Sequence record: SRR16203515_4098 | Length of the DNA stretch: 38,820 bases | Reading direction: 5' to 3' (one strand) | Part shown: one piece after another, positions 1 through 9,430 of the stretch | Numbering within the stretch: the stretch's first letter is position 1 | Layout: every line of letters begins with the position of its first letter | Made by a program: the position numbers and the translations under genes | The notes under the pieces: generated by a model | The model's input: the letters and a program-made list of their open reading frames with translations, nothing else | Database searches by the model: none | Told to the model about the DNA's origin: nothing

Positions 1-734
1 TGCTTAACCGTGCTAATCACCCGTTGATCACTTAAAAAATCTTTGTCCGCGGCCCCTTGTAGCCCTTTAACCACTGAAGCAGCATACTCACGCACGATAG
101 CTGGATCTTCTGAATAGCTTTCGTAAGTACGACCCCAGCGATCATCACGCACTACCGCTACGGTAGGCGCAAATACCCAATCGATGCCGGTAGCCATTAC
201 CTCTTTTGCGGTAATATGAGCAATCTGTTCCATTAATTCAGGGTTATTTGCCGCCTCTAAACCAATATTGTGAGGAAACAAGGTAGCGCCTATTACATTG
301 TTGTGGCCGTGTACCGCGTCTGTGCCCCACATAGTTGGAATAGTTGATCCATCCAAGCTGTCATCAACAGAGGCTTGATAGAGCTTTTCTGCCAGCGCCA
401 CCCAATCATCTGGCGTCGCATGCTTATTATTATCAGGAAAGGCGCCGCCACCGTTTAAATATGAACCAAAGCCGTATTTGCGCATGTCTTCAACGGAGAT
501 ATTGCGAATTTCAGGCTGGATCATTTGTGCCACTTTCTGCTCCAACGTCATGTCGGCCATTAAGTCGCTCACTTTTTTCTCAACGTTAGGATCGGCTTTC
601 ACTTCTATCGACAGTTCTGGCCAGACTTCGTTGGCCTTATTGACTGTGTCAGTAGCATTGTCTTCAGTGGCCGTAGTGCAACCGCCGAGCACGACGGCTG
701 ATATAAGTGAAGCAAGAATTTTTATTTTCATCAT
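1..734 (-). CDS. GH3 family beta-glucosidase/exo-glucanase lipoprotein, 5' part (runs off the window edge)
   Basis: Manual translation from ATG 734 (or 731): MMKIKILASLISAVVLGGC (lipobox), MTLEQKVAQMIQPE, WGTDAVHGHNN, FPHNIGL, RDDRWGRTYESYSEDP, all GH3 N-terminal motifs. Absent from the ORF track because it is truncated. Confidence 0.93.
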   Translation of the reverse strand, partial: MMKIKILASLISAVVLGGCTTATEDNATDTVNKANEVWPELSIEVKADPNVEKKVSDLMADMTLEQKVAQMIQPEIRNISVEDMRKYGFGSYLNGGGAFPDNNKHATPDDWVALAEKLYQASVDDSLDGSTIPTMWGTDAVHGHNNVIGATLFPHNIGLEAANNPELMEQIAHITAKEVMATGIDWVFAPTVAVVRDDRWGRTYESYSEDPAIVREYAASVVKGLQGAADKDFLSDQRVISTVK

Positions 735-740
735 TCTTCC

Positions 741-1997
741 TTAGTTTGATTTAATTGGGTTTACGCGACAGCCAACGAGGCCGTAATAAGCAATGTATAA
801 ATAACAAGACGCTGGCAATAAGAACGACAGGGTGACACCCACACCATCAGCAAGCACACCTTGGAATAAGGGTATAATGGCGCCCCCTACGATGGCTAAA
901 CATAAAATGCCCGACCCTTGGGGCGTATCTTTACCCAACTTATGAAGTGCCAAACTAAAAATAGTGGGGAACATAATGGAATTAAATAACCCCACACCTA
1001 GCATGGACCATAACGCCAGACCGCCGCTGCTATTAATAGAAACAAGGATAAGCGCAATGGCCATAAACGAGTTGAAGGCCAACACTTTACCACCTGCAAT
1101 TTTCTGCATAACCACAGCGCCGATAAAGCGACCGACCATAGCACCGCCCCAGAAATAGGCCAATAATTTAGACGCCTTACCTTCTGACAAGCCCGCCACT
1201 GACGGGTTAGCTAGGTAGTTTACAATCATGCTACCGATGGAAACCTCAGCACCGACGTACATAAAGATACCTAAAGCGCCTAGCACAAGGTGACGATGCT
1301 GCCAGGCTCCGCCAGAGAACACTTTGGTGTTGGCACTGGTGTGATGAAGCTTAGGTAGTTTTAAAAACAAGAATACGAGGGCAAGTAACAATAGGGTTAG
1401 CGCCAAGATAAGGTAAGGCACTTGCACATCAGATGCTGAGGCAGTGGCACTATTATGCTCACCGCTTACCCCAAAAATAAGATACGAACCAAAAAACGGG
1501 GCTACCGTGGTGCCTAATGAATTAAAGGCCTGGGTCATGGTTAGACGAGATGAGGCCGTTTCTGGATTACCTAGCGCAGTAACATAGGGGTTTGCCGAGA
1601 CCTGTAAGATAGTAATACCCGACGCTAAAACAAACAGGGCGATAAGGAAAATAGCGTAAATACCCTGGGCGGCAGCGGGGTAAAATAGCAAGCAACCCGT
1701 ACAGGCAATGCCTAAACCCAGTACGATGCCTTTTTGATACCCTATGCGTGACACTATCATGCCTGCTGGTAGCGAGACGATGAAATAAGCACTAAAAAAG
1801 CAAAATTGAATGAGCATGGCTTGGGTATAACTTAAGTTAAACGCGCCTTTTAAGTATGGAATGAGAATGTCATTCAGACAGGTAATAAAGCCCCACATAA
1901 AAAACAATGTGGTTAACGATATTAGTGCAAAGCGGTAACCGCCAGCAGGTAAAGGCGCTTGTGCCTTTGTAGAGTGGGATGGTACTGATGTGGCCAC
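741..1997 (-). CDS. gluP: Glucose/galactose MFS transporter (GluP/FucP family)
   Basis: [37 protein letters not shown] motifs; about 12 TM segments; its stop lies 6 nt upstream of the GH3 start. Confidence 0.9.
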   Translation of the reverse strand: MATSVPSHSTKAQAPLPAGGYRFALISLTTLFFMWGFITCLNDILIPYLKGAFNLSYTQAMLIQFCFFSAYFIVSLPAGMIVSRIGYQKGIVLGLGIACTGCLLFYPAAAQGIYAIFLIALFVLASGITILQVSANPYVTALGNPETASSRLTMTQAFNSLGTTVAPFFGSYLIFGVSGEHNSATASASDVQVPYLILALTLLLLALVFLFLKLPKLHHTSANTKVFSGGAWQHRHLVLGALGIFMYVGAEVSIGSMIVNYLANPSVAGLSEGKASKLLAYFWGGAMVGRFIGAVVMQKIAGGKVLAFNSFMAIALILVSINSSGGLALWSMLGVGLFNSIMFPTIFSLALHKLGKDTPQGSGILCLAIVGGAIIPLFQGVLADGVGVTLSFLLPASCYLYIAYYGLVGCRVNPIKSN

Positions 1998-2044
1998 TTT
2001 ATACCTCTAATATTAGTTATGTCATTTTACAAACGGTGTATAAA

Positions 2045-2090
2045 AGAAAGCGCTTACAAAATTATCAAAACAAACCTGTAAGCGCTTACA
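2045..2090. promoter_or_regulatory. Tandem LacI-family operators upstream of gluP-GH3
   Basis: Perfect palindrome TGTAAGCGCTTACA at 2077-2090 and a 2-mismatch copy AGAAAGCGCTTACA at 2045-2058, 32 bp apart, with the central CG typical of LacI operators. Confidence 0.8.
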
Positions 2091-2838
2091 TTTTTAAATA
2101 ATAATTACACGAAGTGTTAACAAATTCAATGTAAAAAGCATGTTATTTGTTAAGAGTAGCTTAACTTTTTGAGTTAGTACTAAAAAGTAGAGGCGGGTTA
2201 ACCAAAATTGTTGTTCGAATGACATCTCATATCGCCTCATCTTACATCCTTGAGACGGCTGCAACCACGTCGATAGAGCCAGTTACCCCTTACGTAAACG
2301 CTAAATAAGTTGACAGAATAGTGTAAGCCTAATGCGACCAAGTTATTCTAGAGCAGTGAAAGCTTGGGTCTACTGATGGCGCTGAACTGATAGATTGTTA
2401 ACACTTTACGCTCATTCATATGAAGTGATAGCCAACGAAATGTAAATAAACAGCGACCCATTTTCGCCGCTTTTCTGCTTTTATCATGCAAGCTTTTTAG
2501 ACGTAAATACCACTTGGGACGCGATGAGATTTAGCTCTTATGGGTAAACTTGGGACCCCCTCAGTAGCTGCTATGGTCAGGCGTAAACGAAAGCGCGGCA
2601 TTCGACGCAGCAACCCCTGAGTTTGTCTATCCCCGCTTGATAATAAACTTCATGCCACGTAGGTTTGTACATATCTGTGCTCGCTCGCCATTCAGGTGCG
2701 CTTCTTCCTAAACAGAATTACTCGGCCCGTCTTACTCCGCTAAAGCGCGACATCAGCTGTGTGTTAAAGCAAAAGGCGAGCAGTGGAAGGTTGCACCTAC
2801 TTTTCATAGCAATTACCTTTACGTGAGGTTCTAACAAA

Positions 2839-3597
2839 ATGTTATCAGAATCACTTTTGCTCATCTTTATGTTTCTTGGGCTAGCGACCGTATTACAGAC
2901 GCTAAGTGGTTTCGGCTTTGGTTTAATGGTGGTGTCTAGCTTTACCCTATTCAACCTGCTGCCGCTTACCGGCACCGCATTTTTAGTCAGTGTGCTGAGC
3001 CTATTTAATTCCGTTAATGTGGTGGCTAAAAATGTGCACTTAGTGCATCGTCGTGCTTTTTGGCTCATCTTGCTTGGTGGCGTGCCATTTATGGCTGTTG
3101 GCTTTGCGCTATTAGAGTATCTCTCTACCAGTCTATCGCTATGGCTCAATGTATTTTTAGGCGTGGCTATTTTGCTATGCTGTTTGTTATTGCTGGTAAA
3201 ACGCGAGAACCAAGTTGCCTCGGGAAAAAGTTGGGGTTTTGTTTTTGCTGGCACATTGGGCGGGCTATTAGGCGGGCTGTTTTCCACCTTTGGGCCGCCG
3301 ATTGTTTTTCAGTGTTACCGTCAGAACTGGTCGGTACATGAAATTCGCTTTACGCTGCTTGCGGTGTTTAGTGTCACCTCATTGATACGTGTCGCTATCG
3401 TCCCCTTCGGCACCTTGCCAGACAACACTACCCTACTCACGACCCTGTTGGCTATTCCATTAATATTGGCGTTTACCCGTATTGGCCGTCTTGTGGCAGC
3501 AAGGGTATCTCCTGCCTTGGTACGTAGTATTGCGCTTACCATGCTTATGCTCAGTGGTATTACGCTCATCGTCAAACACCTTATAGTATTGATATAA
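2839..3597 (+). CDS. TauE/SafE (DUF81) sulfite-exporter family membrane protein
   Basis: QTLSGFGFGL and GGLLGGLFSTFGPPIV motifs; about 8 TM segments. Confidence 0.85.
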   Translation: MLSESLLLIFMFLGLATVLQTLSGFGFGLMVVSSFTLFNLLPLTGTAFLVSVLSLFNSVNVVAKNVHLVHRRAFWLILLGGVPFMAVGFALLEYLSTSLSLWLNVFLGVAILLCCLLLLVKRENQVASGKSWGFVFAGTLGGLLGGLFSTFGPPIVFQCYRQNWSVHEIRFTLLAVFSVTSLIRVAIVPFGTLPDNTTLLTTLLAIPLILAFTRIGRLVAARVSPALVRSIALTMLMLSGITLIVKHLIVLI

Positions 3598-3691
3598 CAA
3601 TTAATTACACTGCAATCTTCTCACTGGATATACCGCCACAAAGCTATCTTCATAGTTACAAACAAGCGTATACCCGGCACAAGGCTAGTAC

Positions 3692-4639
3692 TTATTTTAT
3701 GTGCACATGCTGATGGTGATGAGGGTGAACATGTAAATTATCGTTATCATCACGGCAGGGTTCGCCGGGTAGCTCAAACTCAATGGTGGTGTGAGCTAAA
3801 CCAAATTTTTCTAGTTTTTGCGCCACGCTTTTTTTCAGCTCTCTTAAGGTCTCATTATTGATACTACAATTTATTACTACATGGGCGGTGAGAACATGTT
3901 GCTCGCCATCTAAAGACCAAAAGTGTACGTGGTGTAACTCTTCTACGTGAGGTAGCGATAACAGTGTCTTTTTTATCGCTTGCATCTGACTTTCATCGGG
4001 GGAGCCTTGTAAAAACAACTTCATGGTTTGCACCACATACTTAAGTACATTGATTAAAATAAACAGCGTAAAGAGTATGGAGAGAATAGGATCTAGAATG
4101 GGCTAGTGCACGAAATGAAGTACAATCGCCACAATGAGAACGGCCCCCCATCCCATGGTATCTTCGATTAAATGCCAATTAAGCACTTTTTCATTCATGG
4201 AATGGCCGCCATGTAACTTGTATGCTGCAAACCCATTCACCAAAATACCCAATATTGCCATGCCGATCATACCCTCGGTAACTGGCATCTCAGGGGTCGC
4301 CAACCTTGGGATAGCCTCGCTCAATATCCATACTGAGCCCACCAGCAAGATAAGGCCATTTATCATGGCACCAAGCAAACTGAGGCGCTTGAACCCGTAA
4401 GAGTATTTATTGGTAGCGGCTTTATGACCTAGTTTACTCAAATACCAGGCAAGCCCTATGGATAACGAGTCACCAAGGTCGTGCACCGCATCGGCCATAA
4501 TTGCCACACTATTGGTAAGCCAACCGCCGATAAACTCAATAATAGTAAACACAAAATTGAGCCAAAATGCCCAGCCTATTCGTGTGCTGTCACCTTCATT
4601 GTTATTATCTATCCCGTGATCGTGAGAATGTTGATGCAT
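3692..4639 (-). pseudogene. Cation diffusion facilitator (CzcD/ZitB-like) interrupted by an in-frame TAG at 4103-4105
   Basis: ORFs 4103-4639 and 3692-4036 are in the same frame and joined by 22 sense codons (VH*PILDPILSILFTLFILINVLKYVVQTM). CDF motifs ADAVHDLGD, WHLIED and HHVHFWSLDG; His-rich termini. Confidence 0.88.
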
Positions 4640-4831
4640 AGATTGCTAAAGACAAACGAAGAATGGGTTTACTTTTCATCTTAGCTCGCCCCTTCCTATT
4701 TATCTATCCACCCGCGCTTTATATCGCCCCCCCCGTCCTGCTTATGAAAGAATTTACTAGCCAATACCTGAGTCTTAACGCTATCATTTATTGTCACCGA
4801 TGATATAGGCACAGTAGCTATTAACACCCTA

Positions 4832-5233
4832 TTGGCTTTCTTACTCTCTGCCATAATGCTATCGCACAACGCCTTAGCAATGGGGCTTGCTGCCTACTCA
4901 ATGGACAAAGCCCAAGCAGGGTTAAGCGGTAATGATACCGATATCGAACTCATCTGTACCGGCAAAACAATGCGCTTTATCTCCGTTAGCGCCAGTGACC
5001 TCGCCGGCGAGTTTGTGTTTATCAGCCCTGACATAGACAAGGTCGGCAGCGATCCCATTGACTGTACCAATGGTCTTCTCGCCAACACGCCACAAGCGGA
5101 TGCTCATATCCCTACTCTTGCTGTGGCCGTGCAGTTTACGCAATTTTATGCCCTTACCCAGTCGCTGATTCAGCGCCCTTATACAGCCTACGCCTATGCC
5201 GCTCCCTTGAGTCGCGCGCCCCCGCTTTCATAA
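4832..5233 (+). CDS. DUF2946-like RAPP-motif leader (putative ribosome-arrest) protein
   Basis: Hydrophobic N-terminus, LICTG motif, C-terminal LSRAPPLS*; ends 60 nt before a TBDR. The TTG start is uncertain. Confidence 0.75.
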   Translation: MAFLLSAIMLSHNALAMGLAAYSMDKAQAGLSGNDTDIELICTGKTMRFISVSASDLAGEFVFISPDIDKVGSDPIDCTNGLLANTPQADAHIPTLAVAVQFTQFYALTQSLIQRPYTAYAYAAPLSRAPPLS

Positions 5234-5293
5234 TTCTTCCACACGGTTAAAAACCACCAAACAACTACTTAAATAAGTTTTACTGGAATAATT

Positions 5294-7372
5294 ATGAAAA
5301 AATCGATAATTGCACTGGCGATGACTAGCGCCTGTCTTACGCCGTGGGTAAGGGCTCAACACGATGCATCTGAAATTATTACCGTGGTGGGCAAACCACT
5401 ACGCACCACAGAGGCTGAAGACATTAATTGGACCACCAACACCGACGCTGACTTTGGCGATCAATTAGCCAAACTTGCTGGGGTTTCTATCGCTAGAAAT
5501 GGTCCAGTGACCGGTCTTATTCAATATAGAGGATTATTCGGCGATCGTGTTGGGGTAACCATAGATGGCGTCGATATTGCGGGTGCCGGCCCCAATGCGA
5601 TGGACTCTCCTCTGTCTCATCTACTGCCAGAACCGGGCATGCAGGTGGTACTTTATCGCGGCATAGTACCCGTGAGCGCAGGGGTACAAACGTTAGGCGG
5701 CCAACTTGATATACGCGCCCATGCCACCTCATTATTTGCTCAGCCTAAAGGCGGCCAGTTAAATGTCAGTGCCAGCCTAATCTCGCCTGGCAAAGGCGAA
5801 CAATATCAGGCCAATGGATTATATCGTTGGCATGATGGATTTCTAAGTGCTGCCGTGACCCATCAGCAACGAGATTATTCAGAAACAGCGCGCAATGCGC
5901 AGATACCCAACAGCCATTATTTACGTAATGGCGCTAAAGTGCGCGGCGGCTACGAATGGGGTGATCATCAACTAGCAATAAGTTACCAAAGCCTAAATAC
6001 CAATCACAGCGACACGCCAGCATTGGCGATGGATATTGGTTTTATTGATGCGGCATGGTATCGCTTGAACTACCGTTACCAGCTATCTACTGCGTCCTAC
6101 TTTGCCATCAATATCGTTGGCAACAGCAACCAACACGCCATGGATAACTTTCGCCAGCGCCCACTTGTCATGGCCAGTATGGCGAGGGAAAACCATGCAG
6201 ATTCAGTCGCTCAGGGTGTTAATGCCCACTATGTTACCCGTTTAGGCGCAGGCGAGCTTGATACAGGAGTCCACTTTGCCCATAGCATAAATAACTCTGT
6301 GATCAGTAACCCTAATAACAACAGTTTTTATATCAATAACTTTGCTGCGACGAGCAAAGACACCTATAGCCTATTTTCAGAGTGGCAAGGCACTCTAGAC
6401 AAGGTAGAGTATCTCATTGGTGCGCGCTACACACAGGTGGATACCAACGCAGGTAAGGTGGACTCCAATATGGTTATGATGAATGAGGCCGTTGCCACCC
6501 TGGCCAATAATTTTAATCAGGCCCAACGCAAGCGCACCTTTAATATGCTTGATTTGGCCGCGACCCTAGCCGTACCTATTAGCGATCGGGTGCACTTTTT
6601 TACCGGTGTATCACAGAAAAATCGTGCGCCAAGCTATTATCAATCGTATACCTGGCTGCCGCTTGGCATAACCGGGGGAATGGCCGATGGGTTTAACTAT
6701 ATTGGAGACACCCAGCTAGAACACGAAACGGCGCGACAATTTGAAACCGGCGTGACCTTAAGAACCCCTCACTGGACCTTGTCCCCTCGACTTTTTTATC
6801 AAGACATCGAGAACTATATTACCGGCTCGCCCAGCGAAAACCCGGCAGCCATCATGTTCTCAACCATGATGAGTGGTACCACCCCCTTTCAGTGGGCTAA
6901 CACAGACGCCATCATTAAAGGCGTCGATGTTACGCTCACCGGTGAGCTAAGTGACAACCTAATCCTCAATATGGTGGCGCGCCATAATCATGGGAATAGA
7001 GATGATATTGATGATGCGTTATTCAGAATTGCCCCCGAACAACTTACTACCACATTGAAGTGGCAAACCGGCCTTTTTGATACACCATTATCTACTCACC
7101 TTACCTCTGAGCTTATTGGCCGCCAGTCACATGTTTCTTCATTGCAAGGAGAGCAGGCGACCTCAGGCTACGGGCTTATTCACCTTGGCGCAACCTGGTA
7201 CATTTATGACGGCATCAGCATCGCCACCCAGATTAATAATGCATTTAATAAAGACTACACCCCCCATGTGGCAGGGGTAAATCGAGTATCGGGAGACAGT
7301 TCTATTAACGTAGGCGACAAACTACCCGGCGTAGGACGAGAGTGGCACTTGTCGATACAACTAACCTTTTAA
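5294..7372 (+). CDS. TonB-dependent receptor, Met-rich, OprC-like (possible copper uptake)
   Basis: Signal peptide, IITVVG TonB-box-like segment, plug motif IQYRGLFGDRV...GAGPNAMDSP, NNAFNKDY, C-terminal Phe; Met clusters MASMA, MVMMN, MFSTMMS. Confidence 0.88.
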   Translation: MKKSIIALAMTSACLTPWVRAQHDASEIITVVGKPLRTTEAEDINWTTNTDADFGDQLAKLAGVSIARNGPVTGLIQYRGLFGDRVGVTIDGVDIAGAGPNAMDSPLSHLLPEPGMQVVLYRGIVPVSAGVQTLGGQLDIRAHATSLFAQPKGGQLNVSASLISPGKGEQYQANGLYRWHDGFLSAAVTHQQRDYSETARNAQIPNSHYLRNGAKVRGGYEWGDHQLAISYQSLNTNHSDTPALAMDIGFIDAAWYRLNYRYQLSTASYFAINIVGNSNQHAMDNFRQRPLVMASMARENHADSVAQGVNAHYVTRLGAGELDTGVHFAHSINNSVISNPNNNSFYINNFAATSKDTYSLFSEWQGTLDKVEYLIGARYTQVDTNAGKVDSNMVMMNEAVATLANNFNQAQRKRTFNMLDLAATLAVPISDRVHFFTGVSQKNRAPSYYQSYTWLPLGITGGMADGFNYIGDTQLEHETARQFETGVTLRTPHWTLSPRLFYQDIENYITGSPSENPAAIMFSTMMSGTTPFQWANTDAIIKGVDVTLTGELSDNLILNMVARHNHGNRDDIDDALFRIAPEQLTTTLKWQTGLFDTPLSTHLTSELIGRQSHVSSLQGEQATSGYGLIHLGATWYIYDGISIATQINNAFNKDYTPHVAGVNRVSGDSSINVGDKLPGVGREWHLSIQLTF

Positions 7373-7493
7373 TTAAATCAAAAGAGGTTCATGGGCGCGG
7401 CTTACGAGCCTCGTTTGCAAAGGGTGAATTAAATCGGATGAAACGCATTAACCCAGCGTTGACTTTTGTTTGTCACCGATGAATACTGAGGGC

Positions 7494-7601
7494 ATGAAAT
7501 TACACACTCAGCGGCTTAGCGCATTTTGCCTATTACCGCGCCCATCACAGGCACTAAGCATTATTATTCTCGCTATTCTACGGAATGGGCGGGTAGTCTA
7601 G
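7494..7601 (+). CDS. Leader peptide, 35 aa, Ile/Leu/Val-rich
   Basis: MKLHTQRLSAFCLLPRPSQALSIIILAILRNGRVV*; codon run CTA AGC ATT ATT ATT CTC GCT ATT CTA; overlaps alternative pairing segments. Confidence 0.7.
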   Translation: MKLHTQRLSAFCLLPRPSQALSIIILAILRNGRVV

Positions 7602-7648
7602 TGTGTAAGTAAAAGAATCACTAAACCCGCCGCCAAGGCGGGTTTTTT
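7534..7648 (+). promoter_or_regulatory. Transcription attenuator (1:2, 2:3 antiterminator, 3:4 terminator)
   Basis: TACCGCGCCCAT (7534-7545) pairs with ATGGGCGGGTA (7585-7595); GGCGGGT (7588-7594) pairs with ACCCGCC (7625-7631); terminator AAACCCGCC-gccaa-GGCGGGTTTTTT at 7623-7648. Confidence 0.75.
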
Positions 7649-7689
7649 AATGGCTCGTCTTGCTGGTAAAAGCATAAGAGAAGACAGCC

Positions 7690-8079
7690 ATGAATCATAT
7701 CTCTGAAGTTTTGTCACGTTTGCACGGTGCCGTAAATAATGGCGACCTAGATACTATCCATAGCTGCTACGGCAACAATGCTAAGGTCGTATCAACGCCC
7801 ATCACGGGAGCCACCCACCGAAACTGTGTAGCAGCACTAACCACATTTCAACAAAAATTCATGCCCGATCATTTGGTGACTACCGGTGATGAAATTGTAA
7901 TTGAAGCGGGGGATGTGGCATTGGTGGTTGCCAAGCTCTATTTAGTACCGAAAGCCACACCGCATGCCCTACCGTGTGAGGGGAAACGGGCAGTCTATGT
8001 GATGCAGCGACAGGATGATGGTAAATGGCGCTGTATCATCGACAACTTCTTTGGTACCGATTTGCTTGATTTCGCTTAA
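7690..8079 (+). CDS. SnoaL/NTF2-like (YybH/DUF4440) protein
   Basis: AVNNGDLDTIHSCY, EAGDVAL and YVMQRQDDGKWRCIIDN are typical of the YybH family. Confidence 0.8.
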   Translation: MNHISEVLSRLHGAVNNGDLDTIHSCYGNNAKVVSTPITGATHRNCVAALTTFQQKFMPDHLVTTGDEIVIEAGDVALVVAKLYLVPKATPHALPCEGKRAVYVMQRQDDGKWRCIIDNFFGTDLLDFA

Positions 8080-8248
8080 CGTGATTTCGCTAAACACGAC
8101 GTTAGTCATGGGTGATTATCGGGTCGACCTTATGAACTATGGGATCAGCGTCTACTGCGATGAATATAATTTGTGTAAAGTATAGCGTTGAACAAGGTTA
8201 AGCACCTGTGCGCGGAAGTAGAGCGGTAAGCGGCAGAGTCTAGTAACC

Positions 8249-9085
8249 ATGAATACCTTTTTTAATAAGGACATAAAATTGATTTCTCTTGTTAACTCAT
8301 CTTACGCTAAGCGTACTGCAGGTATGGCGATAACGGCACTCGTAATGAGTGCATGTACCACTGTGCCTTCACAGACTGACACTGGGTCTGTTGACATCTC
8401 ACACCATGCCCTATCGAGTGCCGTCACCTATCAAACCGAAAGTAAGGAATACCCGCTTTTAAGTAGCTATGTATACCAACGCGCCGCCATGGCATTGCCA
8501 ACACAAGTTGGACAAGGTGATGTGGTGGTAATGGACGTTGACGAAACCGTATTAGACAACAGTCAGTACCAGCGTGAACGTGAGCTGCAAGGGTTAGGCT
8601 ATACCAGTGAAAGTTGGAATGCGTGGATCAACAGGAAGCAAGCGACCGCTGTGCTTGGGGTCTCTGAGTTTCTCGAAAGTCTGATTGCCAAAGGTGGCAA
8701 GGTGGCGCTTATTACCAATCGAGATAAGGCGCTTGATGACGCCACGTGGGAAAATTTACTGGCGCTAGGCTTGCCACTGACGCCAGAAAACACCTGTATG
8801 CTAGGTAGAACATCGGCAGATAAAAGCGCCATCAACGGCAGCACTATCATCAACGACAAAGACTTACGCCGTAGCCAGCTTAAACAAGGCAAAGTAACTT
8901 GCTCTAACGCCACGTCTATCAGTCAATCTCATTGGCGTATACCTCACACTATTATTATGCAGATTGGCGATAATATTGAAGATTTCGAAGGGATCACCCA
9001 AGAATCTGCCAATATCGATGAATTATTACCACAGGTAGGCAGCCGCTTATTTATTTTACCTAACCCAATGTATGGCTCTTGGTAA
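8249..9085 (+). CDS. Class C acid phosphatase / 5'-nucleotidase lipoprotein, e(P4) family
   Basis: HAD motif DVDETVLDNS, ITNR, IGDNIEDF, LPNPMYGSW; lipobox MSAC. The true start may lie downstream. Confidence 0.9.
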   Translation: MNTFFNKDIKLISLVNSSYAKRTAGMAITALVMSACTTVPSQTDTGSVDISHHALSSAVTYQTESKEYPLLSSYVYQRAAMALPTQVGQGDVVVMDVDETVLDNSQYQRERELQGLGYTSESWNAWINRKQATAVLGVSEFLESLIAKGGKVALITNRDKALDDATWENLLALGLPLTPENTCMLGRTSADKSAINGSTIINDKDLRRSQLKQGKVTCSNATSISQSHWRIPHTIIMQIGDNIEDFEGITQESANIDELLPQVGSRLFILPNPMYGSW

Positions 9086-9261
9086 CAGGCTCAACTTTTC
9101 TTACATGTGATGCGGTGTGGCAAGCCGCATCCTCCCCTCCCTGCCCATGTTATTTATTAATTAGCGCTAAGGCTGTCTTACCTATCCCCTATAGTGGATG
9201 GCTATCAGGATCCCGAGAGCGCTCAGTCAATCGCCCATTAGGCATGATGTAAAAAGGTGTA

Positions 9262-9420
9262 TGTAAGAAGTAACTAACAATGGGAAAATTATTCCCAGCC
9301 CCACCACACTATGACCTAAGCGGACTAACCACCCCCACCAAGAAAACAAAAATAAAACATGTAAATCATAACCTTAGAGAATAAAATTACAGGGCTTTAA
9401 TTTTTGGCACAATACCCGCA
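9262..9420 (+). promoter_or_regulatory. Promoter region of the large ncRNA: GacA/UvrY-like box, inverted repeat, IHF-like site, sigma54-like -24/-12
   Basis: TGTAAG-AAGTAA-CTAACA (9262-9279, one mismatch to TGTAAG-N6-CTTACA); TGGGAA-N5-TTCCCA (9281-9297); AATCATAACCTTA (9364-9376) after an A-tract; TGGCAC-AATAC-CCGCA (9405-9420, GG-N10-GC). Confidence 0.65.
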
Positions 9421-9430
9421 TATATTAGAC

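Noticed and set aside
2540-2640. Possible SRP RNA, TPP, Moco or c-di-GMP riboswitch identity for the hairpin
   Set aside because: It lacks the SRP GGAA/AGCAG core, the TPP ACCTGAT segment and the other consensus elements; kept only as an unassigned structure.
2718-3287. 189-aa minus-strand ORF and other 60-130 aa ORFs overlapping recognised genes
   Set aside because: Antisense or alternate-frame shadows with no recognisable motifs.
4791-7482. 13-bp direct repeat TTGTCACCGATGA at 4791-4803 and 7470-7482 flanking the RAPP-TBDR unit
   Set aside because: About 11 identical 13-mer pairs are expected by chance in 38.8 kb (n^2/2 divided by 4^13), and there is no integrase or transposase nearby.
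8067-8091. Short tandem duplication TGATTTCGCT at the end of the YybH-like gene
   Set aside because: Only 10 bp, with no associated element.
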